NCBI GenBank assembly: GCA_043778225.1
Contig: JAYWGM010000037.1
Span: forward strand, 1-29,572
DNA length: 29,572 bases
Direction: 5' to 3'
DNA from: Deinococcales bacterium
GTDB taxonomy: Bacteria; Deinococcota; Deinococci; Deinococcales; JAAFIG01
Part shown: positions 16,590-25,948 of the stretch, one piece after another
Layout of the letters: each line of letters starts with the position of its first letter
How positions within the stretch are numbered: position 1 is the stretch's first letter
Made by a program: the position numbers and the translations under genes
The notes under the pieces: model-generated
Database searches by the model: none
Told to the model about the DNA's origin: nothing
The model's input: the letters and a program-made list of their open reading frames with translations, nothing else

Positions 16590-17753
16590 ATGAAAAAGAT
16601 ACATTATATTCCGGTCGCCGCTCTCTTATTAGGCATGGTTGCGGCTCAAAAAGTGACCGTACCGATTGCCATTGGTATTTCGGTGGCACAAACCAGCAAC
16701 ACCGCCCTGCTTGGTAAAGAACAAGTCATTGGAGCGCAAATCGCCGATGAATTCTTTAATGGGCGCGGCGGCATCAATGGCACGGCTTTTAAGCTCTTTT
16801 TTGAAGACACCGGCGGCGACGAAGCCGGCGCAATCAACGCCTTCCAGACCCAAATCAACAAAAACCGTGTGGTCGCAATCGTCGGACCAACCCTCTCACA
16901 GCAAGCCTTTGCTGCCTCTAAAATTGCTGACCAAGCTCGAGTCCCGGTACTTGGACCAAGCAATACCGCCAGAGGGATTCCACAAATTGGCGACTTTGTG
17001 GCTCGAGTTTCTGCCCCAGTGGCAATTGTTGCACCAAACTCGGTGCGAACTGCCATTCGCCTTAGCCCACAAGCCAAAAAAGTGGCGGTCTTTTATGCCC
17101 AAAACGATGCTTTTGCTACCTCTGAAACGGGAACTTTTCAGGAGACCGCTAAAGCCCAAGGTCTCGAGGTCGTGACCGTTCAAAAATTCCAAACCACCGA
17201 TTCTGACTTTACATCGCAGGTGACTGCCGCTATGGCACTCAAACCCGATATTGCGATTGTTTCTGGTTTGGCTGCCGACGGTGGCAATTTGGTTAAGCAA
17301 TTGCGGATTGCTGGTTACAAAGGAATTATCATTGGTGGCAACGGCTTAAACACCGCCAATATGTTCCCAGTTTGCCAACAATACTGCGATGGCGTTTTAA
17401 TTGCCCAAGCCTACTCGCCAACCGCTCCCGGCGCATTAAACGCGGCTTTCCGCACCGTGTACAAAAATAAGTACCGCAAAGAGCCACCACAATTTACCGC
17501 CCAAGCCTTCACTGGAGTTCAAGTGATTGTCGAAGCCTTGCGTGCCGTAGATAAGAAGCAAAAAATCGCCGATATGGAACTGAGCGAACTTCGCGTTAAA
17601 CTCAATGCTCAAATTCTGATTGGCAAATACAACACCCCACTGGGCGAAATCAGCTTTGACAAAGAAGGCGAAATTAACCAAAAGAATTTCTACGTGGCAC
17701 AGATTAAAATGAACCCAGATGGCAAAACCGGTTCGTTTGAATTCATTAAGTAA
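16590..17753 (+). CDS. Branched-chain/neutral amino acid ABC transporter substrate-binding protein
   Basis: GGAGG RBS, signal peptide, N.RGGING, IVGP..S, DF..Q motifs of HAAT binding proteins. Confidence 0.95.
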   Translation: MKKIHYIPVAALLLGMVAAQKVTVPIAIGISVAQTSNTALLGKEQVIGAQIADEFFNGRGGINGTAFKLFFEDTGGDEAGAINAFQTQINKNRVVAIVGPTLSQQAFAASKIADQARVPVLGPSNTARGIPQIGDFVARVSAPVAIVAPNSVRTAIRLSPQAKKVAVFYAQNDAFATSETGTFQETAKAQGLEVVTVQKFQTTDSDFTSQVTAAMALKPDIAIVSGLAADGGNLVKQLRIAGYKGIIIGGNGLNTANMFPVCQQYCDGVLIAQAYSPTAPGALNAAFRTVYKNKYRKEPPQFTAQAFTGVQVIVEALRAVDKKQKIADMELSELRVKLNAQILIGKYNTPLGEISFDKEGEINQKNFYVAQIKMNPDGKTGSFEFIK

Positions 17754-17769
17754 ATAAAGCAAATCTCTC

Positions 17770-17800
17770 GAGGGGTGTCTACGCGCCCCTCCTTATTTTT
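17770..17800 (+). terminator. Hairpin plus T-tract after the binding-protein gene
   Basis: GAGGGGTGT-ctac-GCGCCCCTC followed by CTTATTTTT. Confidence 0.6.
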
Positions 17801-17812
17801 TATTGGTGAAAT

Positions 17813-18766
17813 ATGGAAATCAGCACCTTGATTCAAAATACGCTTAACGGTCTTTCTATCGGTTCGGTCTATGCCATTTTTGCACTCGGCTACACACTTG
17901 TTTTTTCGATTCTTGGTGTCATCAATTTTGCTCACGGTGCGGTTTTTACCCTCGGAGCGTACTTCACTTATTTTTTGGTTGGTGGTGTCAACAACGGCAC
18001 AGGGATTCTTTCTAATTTCCAGTTGCCTTTTGGCTTACCGTTTGTGCTGGCGATTCTGGGCGGTTCTTTTTTGGCGGGTGGTGTTGGTGTGCTGCTCGAC
18101 CGCTTGGCATTTCGTCCATTGCGTTCTCGAGGTGCAGACCCTTTGCTGGCATTGGTGCTGAGTCTTGGCTTGGCGCTTTTGATTGTTAATCTAGCCCAAT
18201 ACCTGATTGGCGCAGAAATTTTATCGTTCCCGAACAATGTTTACGGCGATTGGTTGCCACCCGCGATTAACTTTGGCTCGAGCGAAAACCCAATTCCAGT
18301 GCGTGGAGTGCAGATTATTATTTTTTGTGTCTCGATGTTTGTGGTGGTTATCCTGACCTTTATCATTAACCGCACCAAAGTTGGGAAAGCCTTACGCGCC
18401 GTTGCCGAAAATGCAACCACTGCCAATTTACTGGGCATCTCGACTGAGCGCTTTATCCTTTTAACCTTTTTCTTATCGGGTTTCTTGGGCGGTTTAGCGG
18501 GGACATTGGTGGCGACCAGTTTTTCGATTTCTGGTCCCTACTTTGGTGTGACTTATGGCTTAAAGGGCTTAGCCGTAATCGTGCTTGGTGGTCTGGGTGA
18601 TATTCCGGGGGCGGTGGTTGGCGGACTGGTGATTGGGCTTGCCGAAGCCTTTGTACCGGGTGAATTTAGCGCCTATAAAGAAGCGGTTGCCTTTGCGCTG
18701 CTGTTTGTGATTCTGCTGGTCAGACCACAAGGCTTACTCGGTCGCAAACTGATTCAGAAAGTATAA
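17813..18766 (+). CDS. livH: HAAT ABC permease
   Basis: NGL..GS.YA..A.G.TL.F.....INFAHG; G.A.RA.AEN; VLGGLG.I.G; LL.RP.GL.G. Confidence 0.95.
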   Translation: MEISTLIQNTLNGLSIGSVYAIFALGYTLVFSILGVINFAHGAVFTLGAYFTYFLVGGVNNGTGILSNFQLPFGLPFVLAILGGSFLAGGVGVLLDRLAFRPLRSRGADPLLALVLSLGLALLIVNLAQYLIGAEILSFPNNVYGDWLPPAINFGSSENPIPVRGVQIIIFCVSMFVVVILTFIINRTKVGKALRAVAENATTANLLGISTERFILLTFFLSGFLGGLAGTLVATSFSISGPYFGVTYGLKGLAVIVLGGLGDIPGAVVGGLVIGLAEAFVPGEFSAYKEAVAFALLFVILLVRPQGLLGRKLIQKV

Positions 18767-18769
18767 TTT

Positions 18770-19657
18770 ATGGACATATTTTTTAGCACCTATGGTTTTT
18801 TGATCGTTCAGATGATGCTTCAGGCATTGCTGGGCTTATCGTTGTACTTCCCGATGATGGCGGGTCAACTTTCCTTAGCCAGCCCCGGATTTTATGCGCT
18901 CGGTGGGTATATTGCTGCTGTTATCTCGACCAAGGTTTTTGTCACCCAAGGGCAGTACCCTATTCCAATGCTGTTGCTCGAGATTGTGCTTGGCGCACTG
19001 GCAAGTGGCGTATTGGCATTGGTGGTAGGCATTCCAGCCCTGCGTTTGCGCGGTATTTACTTGGCGCTTGCCACGATTGCGTTTGTCGAAATTCTGCGGG
19101 TCGTTTCGCTTAATCTTGACATTACGGGTGGCGCAGTCGGTATTTTTGGTATTCCACAGCCGTTTACCAACTCACTCAGTTATGCCTATTTGGTGTTGCC
19201 GTTGTTGGTTTTGGTGGCATGGTTCGCTTCACGGCTCGAACGTTCTCGAGTTGGTAGGGCATTAACTGCCATCCGCGAAGACGAATTGGCTGCCGACGCG
19301 ATGGGCATTAACCCGACCTACTATAAAGTCTTGGCATTTGTGATTGGCGCGATGGTGGCGGGTGGGATTGGCGCAATCTCGGCGCATTTTTTGAACACCT
19401 GGAACGCTCGACAAGGCACATTTGATGCCGCAATTAACATTTTAGCCTATGTGCTGATTGGTGGCTCGAGAACTTTTTGGGGCGCAATTGTTGGCGGCTT
19501 TGCCCTGACTGCCTTGCCCGAAATCCTGCGTCCATTGGGCGACTTACGCCTCATTGTCAATGGCTTGCTGCTGGTGATTGGTGCAATTTACTTGCCTCAA
19601 GGCTTAATCCGCCCAGCATGGCTGGCTGGTTTGGCTCGACTCAAGAGGAAATCATGA
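18770..19657 (+). CDS. livM: HAAT ABC permease
   Basis: GQLSL...F..G.Y; LRLRG.YLA.AT; GRA..AIREDE.AA..MGI. Confidence 0.95.
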   Translation: MDIFFSTYGFLIVQMMLQALLGLSLYFPMMAGQLSLASPGFYALGGYIAAVISTKVFVTQGQYPIPMLLLEIVLGALASGVLALVVGIPALRLRGIYLALATIAFVEILRVVSLNLDITGGAVGIFGIPQPFTNSLSYAYLVLPLLVLVAWFASRLERSRVGRALTAIREDELAADAMGINPTYYKVLAFVIGAMVAGGIGAISAHFLNTWNARQGTFDAAINILAYVLIGGSRTFWGAIVGGFALTALPEILRPLGDLRLIVNGLLLVIGAIYLPQGLIRPAWLAGLARLKRKS

Positions 19658-20445
19658 ACACGATTCTCGAATTGCCGAAGAACACGATTCTCGAGGTCGA
19701 AAACTTTACCCGCCGCTTTGGTGGCTTGGTGGCGGTCAACGAAGTCTGTTTTGCCGTACAACACAATGAAATTTTTGGCTTGATTGGACCCAACGGGGCT
19801 GGTAAAACCACCACTTTTAACATGATGACTGGTTTAACCCCACCCTCGAGTGGCAAACTGATGTATTTGGGTAAGGACATCACCAACTTAAAGCCGTATC
19901 AGATTGCCCAACTTGGCATGGCGCGAACCTTTCAGAACATTCGCTTATTTGGCAATCTCACTGCCCTCGAGAACGTCAAAATTGGGCAGCATATTCACAG
20001 CAGCAGTGGTGTCTTCAATGGCGTGTTTGGCATTGGCAAAAGTAAAGCCGAAGAAAAACAGATTCTCGAGAAAGCCAAACAACTGCTCGAACTTGTTGGG
20101 CTGCACGACCGCGCCCAAGTCGAAGCCAGAAATTTTAGCTACGGCGACCAGCGTCGGCTTGAGATTGCTCGGGCTTTGGCACTCGAACCCAAGGTTTTGC
20201 TGCTTGATGAACCCGCCGCCGGTATGAACCCCAACGAAAAGGCGGCTTTGTCGGATTTTATTAGGGCGGTGCGCGAAAAATTCAAGTTGACTGTGGTCTT
20301 AATCGAGCATCATGTGCCTTTGGTCATGGGACTCTGCGACCGAATCGCGGTGCTTAACTTTGGACAACGGATTGCGCTGGGGACACCTGCCGAAGTTGCC
20401 AACGACCCGGCAGTCATTGAAGCCTATTTGGGAGGTGATGATTAG
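19654..20445 (+). CDS. livG: HAAT ABC ATPase
   Basis: FGGLVAV, GPNGAGKTT, RTFQNIRLF, SYGDQRRLEIARAL, LLDEPAAG; ATGA-coupled start at 19654. Confidence 0.96.
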   Translation: MNTILELPKNTILEVENFTRRFGGLVAVNEVCFAVQHNEIFGLIGPNGAGKTTTFNMMTGLTPPSSGKLMYLGKDITNLKPYQIAQLGMARTFQNIRLFGNLTALENVKIGQHIHSSSGVFNGVFGIGKSKAEEKQILEKAKQLLELVGLHDRAQVEARNFSYGDQRRLEIARALALEPKVLLLDEPAAGMNPNEKAALSDFIRAVREKFKLTVVLIEHHVPLVMGLCDRIAVLNFGQRIALGTPAEVANDPAVIEAYLGGDD

Positions 20446-21144
20446 ATGCTCGAGCTTAAAAATTTATCGGTCAACTACGGCGGTATTGAAGCCCTTAAAA
20501 ATGTCAGTTTGCGGGTCGAGACTGGCGAAGTGGTCTGTTTAATCGGCGCAAATGGGGCTGGCAAAAGCACCACTTTACGCGCCATCTCGAGAATTATTCG
20601 CGCCAAAAGCGGCACGATTCTATTTAACAACACCGATATAGCCCGTTTTGAAGCGGCTCATGTGGTTAAATTGGGCATTGCCCAAAGCCCCGAAGGTCGG
20701 CAAGTCCTGAACCGCCAAAGTGTGCGCGACAACCTCGAGATGGGGGCGTACATTCGCAACGACTCAGAAATTGAAGCTGATATAGAACTGCAATTTAAGC
20801 GCTTTCCACGTTTGCTCGAGCGACAAAAGCAATTGGCTGGGACGTTATCGGGTGGCGAACAGCAAATGTTAGCGATTGCTCGAGCGCTGATGAGCCGCCC
20901 CAAATTATTGCTGCTCGATGAACCCAGCCTTGGTTTAGCGCCAATTATCGTCAAGGAAATCATGAGCATCATAGATACCTTGCGGGCTGGCGGTATGACG
21001 ATTTTACTGGTCGAGCAAAATGCTCGTTTGGCATTGCAACACGCCGACCGAGGCTATGTTCTCGAGGCTGGGAACTTAATTATCGAAGGACACGCCAAGG
21101 ATTTACTTGATGATGCAAGGATTAAAAAAGCCTACCTTGGTTAG
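20446..21144 (+). CDS. livF: HAAT ABC ATPase
   Basis: GANGAGKST, PEGR, LSGGEQQMLA, LLDEPSLGLAP, VEQN. Confidence 0.96.
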   Translation: MLELKNLSVNYGGIEALKNVSLRVETGEVVCLIGANGAGKSTTLRAISRIIRAKSGTILFNNTDIARFEAAHVVKLGIAQSPEGRQVLNRQSVRDNLEMGAYIRNDSEIEADIELQFKRFPRLLERQKQLAGTLSGGEQQMLAIARALMSRPKLLLLDEPSLGLAPIIVKEIMSIIDTLRAGGMTILLVEQNARLALQHADRGYVLEAGNLIIEGHAKDLLDDARIKKAYLG

Positions 21145-21151
21145 AAATGGT

Positions 21152-21811
21152 TTAATCCTCGAGCCACGGAAATCCATTTGGATTTTTTTCGACTCGTTTC
21201 CAGATGATTTTGTCGTTGTGAGAGCGAATTTGATTGAGAAAAGGAAAGTCGGTCGGTGCTATTTCAATACAAAATAATGGTTTGACTGGGTTTAGGCTTG
21301 CCCAGTGATGCGTTTGGTATTGGATGCCATCGCTTTGGTCTTGGGGTTGTTGGTTAAATCCTTGTTTGGGCAGCACATAGACCCATCCTGTACGGAATGG
21401 TCTTTTTTGCATGGCAGTGTCTGTGACGCTAAAAAAGTAAAGGTCTCGAGGTGGTTGTAGTTGTACTTGAATAGCGCTGTTGTTGATGCTCATCGGGATT
21501 TGTGGTCGGTCGAGGATGGCATAAAACATTGCCCAGATTCCGTCGGAGGCGGCGTAAACTGCGTTTTGACTGCCAAACCAGTTAGCATCTTCAGATTGCC
21601 TTGGTTCAAATGTTTTGATATTTGCGTTTCCTGTGCCGTGAACTAAGTAATTTTGAACGTGTGTTAGCCATATTAAAAACGCCCATTTTGGTATGGTGGT
21701 TTGAGTCAAAATTCCATGCTCGAGTGCCGCTCGAAGCGTTTCTTCTAAAATGCCTTGGTGTTGGGCAAAGTCGTATTCTGGGCGTGTTAGCCAATAATTT
21801 GGTAGGTTCAT
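21152..21811 (-). CDS. Hypothetical protein, possible ADP-ribosyltransferase-like fold
   Basis: L.HGT...I..FEPR...VYA...A.FYA...G.VYV pattern; TAAACT 6 nt before ATG. Confidence 0.65.
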   Translation of the reverse strand: MNLPNYWLTRPEYDFAQHQGILEETLRAALEHGILTQTTIPKWAFLIWLTHVQNYLVHGTGNANIKTFEPRQSEDANWFGSQNAVYAASDGIWAMFYAILDRPQIPMSINNSAIQVQLQPPRDLYFFSVTDTAMQKRPFRTGWVYVLPKQGFNQQPQDQSDGIQYQTHHWASLNPVKPLFCIEIAPTDFPFLNQIRSHNDKIIWKRVEKNPNGFPWLED

Positions 21812-21854
21812 GCCAAGAGTTTATTTGTCTGTAATCACGAAAAGTGGTTTAATT

Positions 21855-22520
21855 TCATTGTTCTGAGGTTTGTGGTGTGAATCCTAGGTGTAACGTATAA
21901 GCTCGAGTATTTTGTTGTGACTGACTGTTTTCTTGCAGCACTCGAGTCCATAGTTGTTGTAATTCTTGGTGTAGATTTTGGGCTTGTTTAGCGGTTAAAA
22001 AAATCGTTGTCCAAGAATTCCAAAGAGGTTTGAGGCTATTTTGTTGGATTTCAATATTGGGCGGTGGTGTAACCGAAAAATCAATACTGAATCTTTGGTT
22101 TTCCAGCGCCCGAATGCACATTCCACCTTGACTGGCATTGGGTTGTATTTGCAATCCAGCCTGTACAAAATCAGTGCAGTATTGCTCGAGTATTGGTGCT
22201 TGCATGGATTGAATCAAGGCTGTCATGGTTTCGTGTTTGGTGCTGGCAAAGGGAATAAAAAACTGGTCTGCCACAGCTTGGTAGTATTTGATTGCTTTAC
22301 CTTGGCGTGGTTCGGTTCGGGTTTCGACAATTAAATTCCATTCGATAAATTTCTCGAGATGGTATTTGAGGCTCGAGGCGGGTTGATTGAGGATTTTTGC
22401 GGCTTTTGAAAGGCATTGTTCTTGTCCTAGAAATACCGCAAAGTTTCTAAAAGTCTGTGGGTTGAGTAAGGCTTGGGCAGCTTCGGCGTGGTTCACACAA
22501 TGCCAGTCTGGTTGGGTCAT
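21855..22520 (-). CDS. ArsR-like winged-helix protein (Deinococcota type)
   Basis: A.ALL.P, S.AA..L......YH......L.....R.G..IKYY; LT..QA..L..EL tail; TATAGT 7 nt before ATG. Confidence 0.8.
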   Translation of the reverse strand: MTQPDWHCVNHAEAAQALLNPQTFRNFAVFLGQEQCLSKAAKILNQPASSLKYHLEKFIEWNLIVETRTEPRQGKAIKYYQAVADQFFIPFASTKHETMTALIQSMQAPILEQYCTDFVQAGLQIQPNASQGGMCIRALENQRFSIDFSVTPPPNIEIQQNSLKPLWNSWTTIFLTAKQAQNLHQELQQLWTRVLQENSQSQQNTRAYTLHLGFTPQTSEQ

Positions 22521-22569
22521 GTTTTGGACTATACGCTTTTATGCCCTGTTTTAAGTGTAAAATCGGGCT

Positions 22570-22899
22570 ATGGATTTTTCTGAGGCAGTACAGAAAATAG
22601 CAGTTGCCTTAAATCCGCAGCAGATTATTTTGTTTGGCTCGAGAGCGCGAGGCGATTTTAAGCCAGATTCGGATTATGATTTACTGATTGTCGTAGATGA
22701 TTCTATGACTGAAAATACCTTAAAGCTGGCTGGTCGCGCCCACAATGCTGTTGGAGATCGGCGTTTTTCCCTAGATGTTGTGGTGTATCGTCGTCGAGAT
22801 TTTGAAACGAGTTTACAAGACCAGTCGGATGTCGTTTGTTACGCCATAGAAGATGGAAAGGTTCTTTATGAAAGAGAAAGCTCGAAAGTGGCTGCGTAG
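22570..22899 (+). CDS. Minimal nucleotidyltransferase (MNT) antitoxin
   Basis: IILFGSRARGD...DSDYDLL; G.VLYE; TAAAAT 6 nt before ATG. Confidence 0.92.
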   Translation: MDFSEAVQKIAVALNPQQIILFGSRARGDFKPDSDYDLLIVVDDSMTENTLKLAGRAHNAVGDRRFSLDVVVYRRRDFETSLQDQSDVVCYAIEDGKVLYERESSKVAA

Positions 22900-23242
22900 A
22901 GCCGAAGAGGATTTATTGGCTTTATCCCAGTTGGCTCCGATTCAAACACCCGATGTTGTGGGAATGCTTTGTCAACAAGCAGTCGAGAAGCTGTTGAAAG
23001 CCTGTTGGATTGAGTTGGGCTGGCGTATTCCTTTAACGCATGATTTACGAACTCTCTGGTCTGATTTACAAATGCATTTTGACTTCAAGATTGAATCCCA
23101 GAGACTTGGCGACCTGACCCCTTATGGAACTCGAGCAAGGTATCCAGATTTTGAAATTGATCCTCCAGATGCTTTGGAAGCTGTCGAATTTACACTCGAG
23201 ACCTGTGCAAAATTAAAACTTTGGCTCGAGTCGCGTGAGTAG
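22868..23242 (+). CDS. HEPN-domain protein
   Basis: W...A.EDL, QQAVEK.LKA, THDL, RYP; overlaps the MNT gene. Confidence 0.92.
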   Translation: MKEKARKWLRRAEEDLLALSQLAPIQTPDVVGMLCQQAVEKLLKACWIELGWRIPLTHDLRTLWSDLQMHFDFKIESQRLGDLTPYGTRARYPDFEIDPPDALEAVEFTLETCAKLKLWLESRE

Positions 23243-24110
23243 TGCTGAACGCCTTGGTTTAGCTGGCGCATTGGCTGCCGTGACCGCTTGGGGCGCAAAT
23301 TCGGTGATTCTTAAATTCCTGACTGGACAGATGAGCGTTGAATTGCTCAATGCCTCGAGAATCGGAATAGCAAGTTTATTATTTTTAGCAATTTTGGCTT
23401 TTTTGCGCCGTGGGCAAGGCTTACCAAAACTGACAACTCGAGATTGGTTGGGTATTGCTGCTGTTGGTTTTATTGGCACAAGTGTCTATCAACTGCTTTT
23501 TGCTAATGGTATTAAATTAAGTAATGCCAGCATGACTGCTTTAATCTCGAGTACAAATCCTATTTGGATTGGCATTCTTGGGGCATTTATGGGTTTGGGT
23601 TTGACCCGTTGGCAGTTCATTGGTGTGCCTGTGACCATGCTTGGGGTTGGAATTCTTTCTTACTCGAGTATTGTTGGTGCGAATGTGCAGTTACTTGGGG
23701 TGATTCTTTTAATCGCTTCTAATATGTGCTGGTCGGTATATACGGTCATGTCTCGAGGCTTAATGCAAAAAATCAATCCGCTCGAGTTTACGGCGCTTAG
23801 TTTTGTGCTTGGTGGTTTGCCATTTTTACTTTTTTCTGTGCCAGCTTGGTCACAAGCCAGTGCAGTCTCTGGTGGCACTTGGCTTTGGGTAATTCTTTCG
23901 GCAGTCTTAGCGCAGGTGATTGGTTTTATGGGCTGGTTTTTGGGAACTCAAGCCCTTGGTGCAGCCAGAGTCAGTGTTTTTTTGAACATCACGCCACTCG
24001 TGGGCGTGGCTTTAGCCGCGAGTTTTTTAGGCGAACGCATTACGCTTGAGAAAGTTTTAGCGGGTCTGATAATTTTATTGGGTGTCTGGTTGGCAAACAA
24101 AAAGTCATAG
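23235..24110 (+). CDS. EamA/DMT transporter
   Basis: About ten hydrophobic segments; WG.N, P, and LGE motifs in two repeats. Confidence 0.92.
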   Translation: MSSAERLGLAGALAAVTAWGANSVILKFLTGQMSVELLNASRIGIASLLFLAILAFLRRGQGLPKLTTRDWLGIAAVGFIGTSVYQLLFANGIKLSNASMTALISSTNPIWIGILGAFMGLGLTRWQFIGVPVTMLGVGILSYSSIVGANVQLLGVILLIASNMCWSVYTVMSRGLMQKINPLEFTALSFVLGGLPFLLFSVPAWSQASAVSGGTWLWVILSAVLAQVIGFMGWFLGTQALGAARVSVFLNITPLVGVALAASFLGERITLEKVLAGLIILLGVWLANKKS

Positions 24111-25925
24111 CCATTTTTGGAAATACTCGAGTTTTGCTTTCCAGTTACGAATCTTGGCGTTTATATCGGCTGTGCCATGACCATCATCAAAGATAATCAC
24201 TTCAAAATCCTGTCCCTGTTTTTTACCATGCTCGAGCAGTTTAGCAATAAAGTTCTCGGCTTGGTTTAGCGGACAGCGTGGGTCGTTGCGCCCGTGCAGA
24301 ATCAGCATTTTGGCTTGGAGTTGGTGCGCGTAATAAATCGCGCTGCGTTCGCGCCACAGGGCTTGGTTGGTTTCGGGGTCGCCCATCATTGACCGCAAAT
24401 AATAGGCGAGGGCTGGCAAGTGCGTTTGATTGTCGGTGTGCAGTTGCGTCAGGTCGGTCATACCAATTTCTGGTATCGCCACTTTGAATAATGCTGGGCG
24501 TTTGGTGCTTGCCATGTAGGTCATGTAGCCACCGAATGAACCCCCCGTAATTCCGATACGACTCGAGTCTACAAATTCTAGGCTTTGCAGGTATTTTGCA
24601 CCATATGCCACATCCTCGAGGTCTTTTCCACCCCAATCGTTGAGGTTTGCATCACGCCATGCCACACCATAACCGATGCTGCCACGAATGTTCGGTTGTA
24701 GCACAACAAAGCCTTGGTCGGCTAGAATTTGTGCTTCCGGATCAAAACTATACCTAAATTGCGAGGTTGGTCCGCCGTGAATGTCCATAATGGCTGGGAA
24801 TTTTTGGTCTGCGGCGGCTGCTCGAGGTTTGTACAAAAAAGCCGAGACCATTTGACCATCAAAACTTGGGTAATAAATCATTTCAGGTTGTACAAAGGCG
24901 GTTTTCTCGAGGTTGCCGTAATCGGCACTTAAAATGATTTGGTAGGTGTCGGTCTCGAGGTTGTACAGCACCAATTCTTTGCGACTGGTCGGGGTTTGCA
25001 TTTCAATCAGCACAAGGTTTTCAGATAACCATTGGCTGCCATTGGCAACACCTTTGGAAATTTTTAAGACACGAGCCTCGAGTGTTTTGGTGTTGTAAAG
25101 AATCGGTTGCAGCGCAGATTCTTGGTCGCGCAGTGCCATCAGCCAAGTTCCATTGGGCGAGAATTTCTGGGCGTACTCGGCTATGCCAACTTTTTCGGCG
25201 CTTAACCATTGGGTTGCTCTCGAGGTCAGGTCAAATAAACCAATGCGCGGCTCACCGCTTGCGTCACTTTCCACTGCCAGTTGGGTGTTGTTTGGATGAA
25301 CATCGGCAATGAGGTCAAACGCGCCATCTTTGAGACTCCAGATTTTTTCTAGATTGCTACCATCGGTCTGGATGGTGTAACCGTCTAAATTACGTTTGAG
25401 GCTACTTTGGTTGCTGTCAAAAGTGAGGAATTTGCCGTCGCTCGAGATAGCACCAAAAAACGAAGGGGCTTCAAAATCAGTCAGTTGCGTCGTCGTTTGG
25501 GTCTCGAGATTCATCGCATAAATTTGGGCTTGTCCAGATTGGGTACTCGAGTAGTACAAAGTTTTGCCGGTCGGACTGATTTCTTGGGGCATTTCTTGTG
25601 TTTTGGGGCTGTCGGTCAGTTGTTGCCATACACCAGACTCGAGATGACAAGACCAAAGGTTGTGTTGTTCGTTGCCGGCGTTGTCCATACCAAGAATAAT
25701 CGTGGCGTTGTCTTTGAGCCAAACGATATTGGTGCGTGGCGTGGCTGGCAATTGACCGTTGGAAATTTGGGTGGTTTTTAGGCTCGAGAATTCCAATTGC
25801 CAGAGTTCAAAGCGCCCTGTTTGGTTAGAAAAATAGACCATGTGCTGCTTATTTGGCGATACAAACGTACCGTAAGAAATATGCAGTTTGGCGATTGCCT
25901 CGAGTGACAATTGGGGTTTGGACAT
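24105..25925 (-). CDS. S9 family peptidase (beta-propeller + alpha/beta hydrolase)
   Basis: IHGGP, PN.RGS.GYG, G.SFGG nucleophile, NDPRC, DDGH; start at MSKPQ, with TATACT 6 nt upstream. Confidence 0.95.
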   Translation of the reverse strand: MSKPQLSLEAIAKLHISYGTFVSPNKQHMVYFSNQTGRFELWQLEFSSLKTTQISNGQLPATPRTNIVWLKDNATIILGMDNAGNEQHNLWSCHLESGVWQQLTDSPKTQEMPQEISPTGKTLYYSSTQSGQAQIYAMNLETQTTTQLTDFEAPSFFGAISSDGKFLTFDSNQSSLKRNLDGYTIQTDGSNLEKIWSLKDGAFDLIADVHPNNTQLAVESDASGEPRIGLFDLTSRATQWLSAEKVGIAEYAQKFSPNGTWLMALRDQESALQPILYNTKTLEARVLKISKGVANGSQWLSENLVLIEMQTPTSRKELVLYNLETDTYQIILSADYGNLEKTAFVQPEMIYYPSFDGQMVSAFLYKPRAAAADQKFPAIMDIHGGPTSQFRYSFDPEAQILADQGFVVLQPNIRGSIGYGVAWRDANLNDWGGKDLEDVAYGAKYLQSLEFVDSSRIGITGGSFGGYMTYMASTKRPALFKVAIPEIGMTDLTQLHTDNQTHLPALAYYLRSMMGDPETNQALWRERSAIYYAHQLQAKMLILHGRNDPRCPLNQAENFIAKLLEHGKKQGQDFEVIIFDDGHGTADINAKIRNWKAKLEYFQKWL

Positions 25926-25948
25926 TCTTAAAGTATACAACGCTGGTT

